From Octopus vulgaris (Eukaryota): a stretch of 64,000 nt of DNA. Position numbers and translations under genes: made by a program. This document shows positions 54,605 through 64,000 of this stretch, piece by piece. Location: contig OX597815.1 in NCBI GenBank assembly GCA_951406725.2, positions 76,942,001 to 77,006,000 on the forward strand, given 5' to 3'. Below the pieces are notes generated by a model. It searched no databases. It saw only the letters and a program-made list of their open reading frames with translations, and had not been told where the DNA came from. The number at the start of each line of letters is the position of its first letter. The first letter of the stretch is position 1.

Positions 54605-55849
54605 CTTGTAGCCCACAGTTCACAATTAAACAGAACTCCATATGACTTAGTGTGTGTTTTGTTTTCTCTTTGTATCTGTGTTTGTGCTTATCCTAAATGC
54701 AGTCTATGTAATAGATGGGCAGTATCTAGTAGTTTGCTTTGTGTATGTTATGCAGCTATGCAAATATTGTTTTTTTATTTGTTTTTTGTTTTGTTTTGTG
54801 TGCATCATTTTTTTAACGTTCCCAAGTCATGTATTATTATGGAACTTCTGTTGTCATTCCCACCTTCCTAGATATCTCTACTTCTAGGTCTTCTAGTTAG
54901 ATAGTTTCGCAATTTATTTTTTCAAAAGATATATCTTGACCGACAGAATTCAGCTGAGGAAAGTGTTTTGCTCTGTGCTCTTTGACAAAAATATCAGAAT
55001 GATTATTCTTAATCTCCTTTGGCTGTATGAAATTGCATGTCTTTGAGTAAGGCTGTTTTTGTCATTATCTGAAACGTTTTGCGGTATATAGAAGTATCGC
55101 ATATTTTATATATTCTTTATTTATAACATATATTTTTGAGTGGTGTATACCATAATGTTGACTTAGTTCCTGTTATATCTCTTTAGATATTCTACTTTGG
55201 ATAAGACAATGTCATTGGTTGGTTCTTCACAAACTCTATTCTAGAATCGTATTCTTTTTTATTATATGTTCTTAGTAGCTTCTGGTTGATATACTTTTGA
55301 TCTTATACACAATCAATAACTTTTCAGTCATACCTTTTAGCTATATTTTTCTCAACCTGAGCTTTTTTTATCTTTCTTTTACCTTTCACTTTTCCAGTCT
55401 TACTTACATAGTAATGGCCATATTGGGAATTTGAGAATTTTTATTTTCAAACAGTTACTAAGGAATTTTCTAGTCTCTTTTGTTTTTGTTAATTTTTCAA
55501 ATTTGTAATTTTTTCTAATATTCTTAGTCTCTGCTTTATATCTGTTGACCTCCTTGAATTCAGAAAAACAGTTTTTGTTCAATGTGCTTTATAGCTAACT
55601 GAACTGGCTTTTCTCTTTTACAAAATATATTTGTAGTTTTACTGTAGGTATTTTCTAGTGGCTTTCTACTTACAGAAGACAATTGTCAGCTGTTGGACTC
55701 TAAGTATTAATATGATTATCATTTTCGTTTCTTGTGGAAAAGATACATTCCAGTGATCTGAAGGACAATTTTACTGCCAATACTCTTGACACGAAGTTGG
55801 GGCTCGATATGTCATGCTAATGATGCATTGACATACCCTCAAGCAGCAG

Positions 55850-56110
55850 CCTTTACAGAGACACATAAACGTGGAACATGAATAGTCACCATTATTTAGG
55901 CACGTTTTTCCACGTCTGTTTGACGGAGTTGCAGTCCTAAGTCAAGTGAAGATCTAGACTGGGTGCCTAGGATTTAGAAAACTTTCGCTGTGCTCACCGT
56001 CCTCTACTATTCGTATAATATAACCAGTTGAACTTCCACATTCTACAGAGAATTTATAATGGAAAGAGTGAGGGCGTTCTCGGGGGGGGGGGGGGACTTT
56101 AGGTGTCAAC
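55850..56110 (+). mobile_element. Diverged L1/Tx1 fragment related to 44400-44620
   Basis: gacggagttgcagtcct...gtgctcac.gtcctctac shared. Confidence 0.6.
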
Positions 56111-56357
56111 TACCTTCATGATCAGTGTGATCCATGATTTCTGGGTTTACTTGATTGACTCTTGGTATTAGGTCGTCAAGTATGAAATTTGTAGTAAGGT
56201 ATATGATAAACTTTCACATCTGCTCATTTATTGCCATTATTATATTTTAACAATTTTTATTTTTGGTAGAAAGCTGAAACATATATTTCTTTATTCTAAC
56301 TCATTTTGCGCTTTATAAAGTATTTATAAATCGTTTTTTGCTATTATCATCATCATA

Positions 56358-56399
<42 letters not shown>

Positions 56400-56400
56400 T

Positions 56401-56620
56401 AAGGCGGTCAACTGGCAGAATCGTTAGCATGTCGAGCAAAATGCTTAGCGGTATTTCGTCTGTCTTTACAATCTGATTCAAATTCCGCCGAGATCAACTT
56501 TGCCTTTCATCCTTTCGGGGTCGATAAAATAAGCGCCAACGAAACACTGGGGTCGATGTAATCGACTATCTGCCTACTCACAAATTCCAGCCCTTGTGCC
56601 TACAGTAGAAAGGATCATTA
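56401..56620 (+). mobile_element. SINE family A in (TTA)n
   Basis: Full head, core and tail. Confidence 0.9.
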
Positions 56621-56689
56621 TTATTATTATTTGATGGAAACTTTCAGCTTATTTTGTTGGGTATGATGGAAAGTGTCAGCTGTACACAG

Positions 56690-58445
56690 CCAGCAGACTG
56701 TGACACTTGTATACTAATCATGCTTCAAGAACCCTACGAGTGTTTCTTGCAGTTCCATGCAATGATGGTTTTTGTAAGTGTTCTATCTTTACATTTGTAC
56801 CAATCTTTTTGAGCCGTGTTGATACCTCCAAGTGCGCCAATTACTATTGATATCACATCCACTCTCTTCGTTGCCTACAAGCTGTGTATTTCACACTTCA
56901 AATCATCTAGTTGTTTAGTTTTTCTTCTTTCTCTTTGATCCTGTTGTCACCGTGACATGCTGTGTCGATTATCATGCATGTTTTTTTTCTATTTTGTTCA
57001 CCACAAGAATGCCAGATTTTCGATATCTGATCTGATGGTCACACTGATCATTGCATCCAACAGGATTGTGCAGTCTTCATTCTCGGTTACTCCTTGGATT
57101 TGCTCATACAGCGTCTTTGCTCTTTGTAGACCGTAATTTCCACAGAAATCCCAATGGATCATTATTGGCACATTGCCATGTTGTCTTTTGTAATCGCGTT
57201 GTTCCAATTTCTAAAAATGTGTCTTACCGTTTCACACTTCTCACCGCACATTCTGCATTTGTGGCTTTCAGTTGTGTTGTCAATTCTGCACTTCAAATAG
57301 TTCCTCCTTAAAGCTTATTCTTATGACGCGCATATAAGTGCTTCTGTTTTTATCTTCAGGTCACTCTTCAGCACCGGTCTTCTGTTTTTGTCATCGCGTT
57401 CGTATCTCTTGCAAACTGACCGTACATTTTTTCCTTCTATGCTATTTCTTTTTTTTTTTTATAGTTCTTTTCCTCTTTATATTTTTCTTTCTTTACACAA
57501 TTATCAATTTTGATGATAATGGATTTCTGCACGTTTCAGCAAGGGTTTCTCGGCATTTTTTACCCGTCACATTCAGCTGTTATTTTGGGGGGCTTCTACA
57601 CAATCCTGGCAATTGATCAAACCTCTCCCACCCTTTCATCTGGAGAAATACGACCTATCAGTGTCACTCTTGGAATGGAATACTCGGTGCAATGTCAATA
57701 ATTTTTTTTATCTTCATATCCATGCCCATCAGTTCTTTCTTTGGCTAGTTTATGATTCCAACTCCAAACTCAAGTGATGTTATCGCCCATGTATTTACTA
57801 TTTGGATTTTATTCAATCCAGTCAATTTTGAGCGCAACTCTAATCTTCGTCTTCGGAAATATTCTTTTTTCGGTTGTTCTTTCATTTCCTTCTTGATTTC
57901 GTTGAACTCTAATATGACAAGGCTTTTATAGCCTTCCTTTTCAATTTGTTTTATATCTTCTCTATTAGGTAATTCTATCCTTTCCGGGAACTGTATCTTA
58001 CTTCTTTTCAAATTCTATCTTAATATCAGCACTAAAATAATGGACCATGTTCACCAAAGAACTCATTTGTGCCTCACTCTTGCCATTAAGCTTCAAATCA
58101 TCCATGGAGAGGAGATGATTGCTTCTTTGCGATTTTCCCTTTAACTGGTATCCCAGGTTTATTTTCCTCAGCACAAAGGTCAGGGGGATCATAAAAGAAC
58201 AAAAATCAATGGAGATAAGCTATCTCCTAATGCCCAGGATGTCCAGGTTTTGTCCGTACGATGTCAACTCACTTTTCCACCCCACCATACTTCACTGTTA
58301 CATTCCTCTCAGTTCCAAACTAATCTAAGCACTCGATGATCTACGAATGTGGAACCATATCATAAGCTTTGCGGTGGTCTATCCAAGCCATTCCCAAATT
58401 TGTCCTTCGCTTACAATCTTGCATTACCATTTTGTCTATCAAAAA
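56690..58445 (-). mobile_element. Degraded R4/Dong-like LINE including RT
   Basis: NLGMAWIDHRKAYDMVPHS, NHLLSMDDLKL (YxDD region), EGYK, DYKRQH...IHW, VIGALG. Confidence 0.88.
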
Positions 58446-59879
58446 TAAGTGCCAGGTGAGTACAGGTATCGATTTAATCGACGCATCTCCTGCCCCGAAC
58501 TTGCTGGCCTTGAGCCAAAATTTGAAATTGTTGTTGTTGTTGCCGTCGTCGTCGACATAACCAATACATCATCATCATCATCATCATCATTATAATTATT
58601 ATTTTTATTATCATTATTATTACATCTAGAGAGGATCTGTATATTTACTTTATCATTTTATATCAATTACTTTCACATTCAAATATTTGTAGTGTGTGCT
58701 TATCATTTCTTAAATATTTTTATTCCCTATAACTTCGCATATCTCGTGGTATTATGCACCACATGATGTTATAAAAGAAACATATACTGGAATTATACTG
58801 CAGTGAAAGAAATTTCCCAAAATGCAGGTATCATTAAGTCTTCCAATTTTGAGAAGATAAATCATATCTCATTTTAACTTTGCAAGAAAATTTGCTTTTG
58901 GAATATTTACTTTTAAAAATATATGTCGTATACGTATCATCTGCTCGAAGGATTTATATAGATATATTCAAATTGGGTCTAAAATTACCTACAAAAATAC
59001 AATGCTTAACATTTACGTTCTTCCTTTCAAACAGTTCCAAACAGCGTTTAAGTGTTTTATCTCCTACGTTAATACCCGAAAGTTGCATAGTTTCATTTAA
59101 AATTCGAACTACATTGTTAGACTCAAAGAAGTAGGAAGTCTTTATTAAGATTGTACTCTCAAACAGCACACTTAAGTATATGCAGAAAGAAATCATTTCA
59201 ATTTAACCCATGAGTAAAAAGAAATACATCTGGTGCATGTGTGCAATAGTCTACAGCTCTCTACAAAAAAATAGTGAACTTAGCAATATGAAAATCTTTT
59301 GGATTTCTAAGTTGCACAAAAGATGTTTTTCAGTTACTTTTACTTGATATGCTTTAGCATGTTATATTCAGCCTTTAAAAACATGAAAAAATTGCTAGGA
59401 AAAAAATTTATCATATTAATACATATGTAAATAAAGTGGTGAAAAATTCAATTCTCACGATGCTACGAAGTTTTTTAATAAATATAGAAGAGTAAAGATA
59501 CATATTCATATAAATAGGAATAGTGACATTATATGTGCGTGTGCATATATATATATATATATATATGTGTGTGTATATATTTATGTATACACAGTGTGTA
59601 TATATATTTATGTATACACAGTGTGTATATATATTTATTTATACATATGAATATGTGTGTGTATATATTCATTTCACGTTAGACTATTCACACATATATA
59701 CATACATGCATTTATATATAATTCATGTTCATATAACTGAAATATGAATGAAGAAATATAACACGATTGCAACAAAGAAATTTATAGGAAATTGTAAGAA
59801 ATAATCTAAACCTTAATACTTCATAAATCTTTATATTTCAATTCTGCAAATAATAATTTAATGTACAAGGCTAAATAAT

Positions 59880-60635
59880 ATTGGTTTCAAGTTCTGGCAC
59901 ATGGCCAGCAATTTCGGGGAGGTGGCAAAACGATTAGATCGACTCCAATGCTCCGAAGGGGTGAAAGGCAAAGTTTGAAATCAGAACGTAAAGACGGACG
60001 AAATGCGACTAAGCATTTTGTCCGGTACGGCAATGAATCTCTCAGTTTGCCGCGTTACAAGGCTAAATAATATTCTTTTCTACTCTAGGCACAAGGCCCG
60101 AAAAATTTGGGGGAGGGCGCCAGTCGATTAGATCGACCCCAGTACTCAACTGGTATTTAATTTATCGACCCCGAAAGGATGAAAAGAAAAGTCGACCTCG
60201 GCAGAATTTGAACTCAGAACGTAGCGGCAGACGAAATACCTATTTCTTTACTACCCACAAGGGGCTAAACACAGAAGGGACAAACAGATTAAGTCGATTA
60301 TATCGACCCCAGTGCGTAACTGGTACTTATTTAATCGACCCCGAAAGGATGAAAGGCAAAGTCAACCTCAGCGGAATTTGAACTCAAGACGTAGCGGCAG
60401 GCGAAATACCTTTTTCTTTACTACCCACAAGGGGCTACACACAGAGGAGACAGACAAGGACAGACAGACTGATTAAATCGATTACATCGACCCCAGTGCG
60501 TAATTGGTACTTAATTTATCGACAATGAAAGGCAAAATCGACCTCGGCGGAATCTGAACTCAAAACGTAACGGCAGACGAAATACGGCTACGCATTTCGC
60601 CGGGCGTGCTAACGATTCTGCCAGCTCACCGCCTT
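59880..60635 (-). mobile_element. SINE family A cluster: one monomer (59880-60055) and a tandem trimer (60070-60635)
   Basis: Three repeats of cgaccccagt...gaaaggcaaa...gaactca...gaaatac behind a single head at 60634. Confidence 0.9.
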
Positions 60636-61097
60636 GGTGGGCTACATAATATTAAGGAGCTACATTGCAGCTTCCTGTAATATTTTTCTGAATTACTTAG
60701 TTGATAATAAATCTAAGTTCGATGTGGTCGAGATTTAGATGCTTCTAACGTTGAATTAGTGATTTCTATCAGTCTGTATTGAAGTGACACCTGAAAATCC
60801 ATAACGTACAGTTATATCAAATAGAATTGTAATAAAATCTGAAGAGCTCCCGCATGTAATGAAAATAGCATTTATTGCATGTGAAAATTAATTCTGCTTG
60901 AGGTTTGCCTCTTGTCTGTTCGGTAAGTTTGTATTCCTGTGTGAGTTTAATATTGGACTGATACACTGGTAATTTCAAATTTACAATTCATGTTATTTTC
61001 ATAGAAATGTTTCCAAATCCAAATTATCCTTTTGAAATATTTTAGATGTGTTTTGAGGCTCGATGACTTAAGTATATATATATATATATATATATAT

Positions 61098-61218
61098 ATC
61101 ACCGTGATCACCGTGACCGACCAGATCATCAGATGTTGCTACACATCGCTGGTCACAATGCGCTTGCATTGTTTTAGCCTTCGAACGACGCCACCCGCTG
61201 GCTAAGCGAGCAGGCCAA
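61098..61218. repeat. Partial copy of the 27127 repeat, flanked by (TA)n
   Basis: Direct sequence match. Confidence 0.85.
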
Positions 61219-61248
61219 TATATATAAATATATATATATATACTCGTG

Positions 61249-61316
<68 letters not shown>

Positions 61317-61480
61317 ATTGAGACTTCGCTATTGAGACTTCGGTACCAAATTAATAACTACATTTTTAAAAACATATTTTTATCATAAATGACCAATATA
61401 TTATTGAACAGGGTCTATAGTTCATTTGATACACTAAATAGGTTCTCCACTTATGAAATATTTGCCCTTCAAAAGGAAAC

Positions 61481-61540
61481 GTAAGTACTTTTGCTTGATT
61501 TATCTTTAACATCTCAAACATTCTTAGTTTTTCTCTGCAG
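61481..61540 (+). other. Candidate 60-nt spliceosomal intron
   Basis: GTAAGT...TTTAAC...ttcttagtttttctctgCAG. Confidence 0.35.
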
Positions 61541-64000
61541 TTCAGAGAGCCATGTCCGTATATGTCTGTGATATACAGTATATATGATTGTGCAGACGAA
61601 ACGAAATGTTTCATTTAAATTTATTCCTCACTCAGCAAAGTAGTTGTATTTATAATCTAATTTTAAAATTCATATGAAACAACATTGCTTAACGCATTTG
61701 GTACTGTATATTTTGCAGCAAGTTATTCACGTGATAACTTACTAGCTAGGCAGTACAGAAGGAAATTTTTCTCTCGATTTGAACAGTAACTCCTCTAAAA
61801 CGTTCGTACACTAATACTGTTTCATCAATGTACAAACTAATAAAATATTTTATTGTTACATTTTTTTTAATAAATCCATTTAAAGTAATTTAAGTAAAAT
61901 TGCCAAACAAGTAGTTCTTGCTACATTCTTTACAATAAACAAACTACTTCAGATGTAGAAGTTAAATTTCATGCTTTTATACAGCTATCAAATTATTAAT
62001 TTGAATTACAAGCAAATTCTCTGACACTGAATACCCACTCTTCAAAATTTATAGTACAGTTTTAAAATATTATCAAAACCTTTGCACTCACATACACCAT
62101 TCAAAGTGAGTTTAAATGTTCTGCAGATGTGAATGTAGTTTTAGATATTCAATACAAAGACAAATTATATTTTTTTGAATAAATTTATTTGTTTAAACAT
62201 TCATATCAGAATATTATTTTCCAATACTATCCGTTCAAAAATAACTCAATTGTTTAATTTAATTTTAATATGCTTTACTTCGACATAAAGATGAATCTTT
62301 ATAACTATCATACTTTCTCTGATAGTACATATAAAGAATTAGTTTAGTGGAACTTTAATTACACTTTATTTCATATATGTTAATCAAAGTCGCTTTCTAC
62401 ATATATGTATGTAACACAATTTATATAGATATTTTAGTACAATTTTATATTTGATAGGGAAGTGGAAGCCAACTTCTATTCACCTCACAGTATGTACTTC
62501 TGTACGTCACTGCTATGAGTGTAGCTCTTGGAGAAATCAATAAAATAAGTACAAATTCTTTTGCAGTCGATTTGAAAACCTAAAACTTCTTCGCTAATGA
62601 AAAATATTGCCTTTATATTTATGCAAAAGAAATCCTTAAATAATTTTCTGTAACAACTTTTTCTTTGAGATCTTTATTGGTATATCGGTATGATTGAAAT
62701 GTCATTTGAATGTTGTTGCTTTAATTCTTGCATTATGTAGACAAGCCATGGAATGCTTACTCGGGAATGTTACACGAAAGACGAAAGCAATACATATATT
62801 GCAAAATAACTGTTTATGATTTATATTTCAAATCTTTTCACATATTTCCATGGATAATTATATCAGTTTCTATCGGAATGAAGTGCTTGGATGCAGCTAG
62901 TTAAAAGCTGACGATTTGGAACGGCTAATTGGATATTTAACCTGCTTTGGTCTCAGTTCTTTTGGGCGCTGGCGACAAACACATACGCGTAGAAATATAG
63001 GTATACAAACAAAAAGATTAAGAGAGAGAGAGAGAGAGAAAGAGAGGGAGAGAAAAAAGAGGGAGAAAGAACAAGAGAAAATATGAAATGCCTGATATCA
63101 AATAAGTCATCGTCGAATCAGTGACGCCAAATATTCAGCGCCAAAACGACTATGCCAGAATGCCGCACACCCATTTGTATTGCTACAGATACTTCTGATT
63201 TTATGTAGTCGTTTGTATAAAAGAAGAAAAACCAGTAGTCACTTTATTGAGTTCGGTTTTCAAGATTCACAGGCAATGTACGACATTTGATTTAAGTACT
63301 TAATACTTTTACATGAGATAAAATTTACCTTCCTCTATAAATCTAAACGGTATATATTTGTAATAAATCTTTTGCTCAAGACAAAAACTTACCTATTCTT
63401 AATACGTATATAAACGCATCAAGAGATATGCCAGCAGGTTCTTTAAAATTAAAAAAACAGTTGCATTGTCCTTACTTGATAATGTACAAGCAGTTAAATT
63501 GTATTCACATCATGTAGATAATATCACTGCATTGTGTATATAGCTGCAACAATATATTCCTGAAGAATACAATCAAACATTCTAGCAATATAGCTTTGGC
63601 ATAGCTATAGAGAAAATGGATATTGCTTTTTTAATGTCACGAAAGAAAGTATGTCAAAAAACCGATTGACTCAGTGGAAAGAATTTCAATTTAGAAGGTC
63701 AGGAATTACAAATGAAGAAGTCACGTTTATACAAGTTCTTAGAAGTGGTACTAAAGATAAGTTCTTTGTATATATAGCGATGTGATTCTTTGTATATTAT
63801 TGAAAGTAGAGAATAGGAAGAACTGGCGAACGCTGCAAACATTCCTTTAGAAACAAATATTTTGAACTTTTATACCAAAATCTCGGAAACGAAACATTAC
63901 AAAGCAACTGTAAAAAGATCTTATGTGTGCATGTGTGTGTATATGGGGGGGGGTGAATGTGCTCGGGATATTAGAGTTTTCTTTGTCGTGTTTGTACCGG

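Noticed and set aside
63476-63569. Minus-strand AG...GTAAG exon-like segment
   Set aside because: All three frames contain stops and the gap to the next candidate exon is only ~35 nt.

Overview
Eukaryotic, very AT-rich DNA dense in microsatellites and transposons; the SINE families and repeat landscape suggest an octopus/cephalopod genome (inference). Almost all ORFs in the track are microsatellite artefacts. One convincing host coding exon is present: 38709-39266 (-), with signal peptide, CTYxF motif, coiled coil and a GTAAG donor, probably an angiopoietin/fibrinogen- or olfactomedin-type secreted protein. There are weak splice signals at 59-63.5 kb. The rest is decayed mobile DNA: RTE, CR1/L2-like, L1/Tx1 and R4/Dong-like (RLE) LINEs, Penelope-like elements (PLEs), mariner/Tc1, a Helentron-type element, a gypsy scrap and several SINE families. 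Main hidden signals: (1) about 11 minimal type-I hammerhead-ribozyme-like motifs of several architectures, in PLE pseudo-LTRs, inverted pairs and a ~200 bp non-coding microsatellite-anchored element family; (2) a 13 kb orientation-coherent nest of (TAA)n-associated R4/Dong elements, plus a separate (CATA)n-associated family; (3) repeated local copy-paste events in which nearby DNA overwrites part of a repeat. All calls come from reading the sequence by eye; boundaries are approximate.
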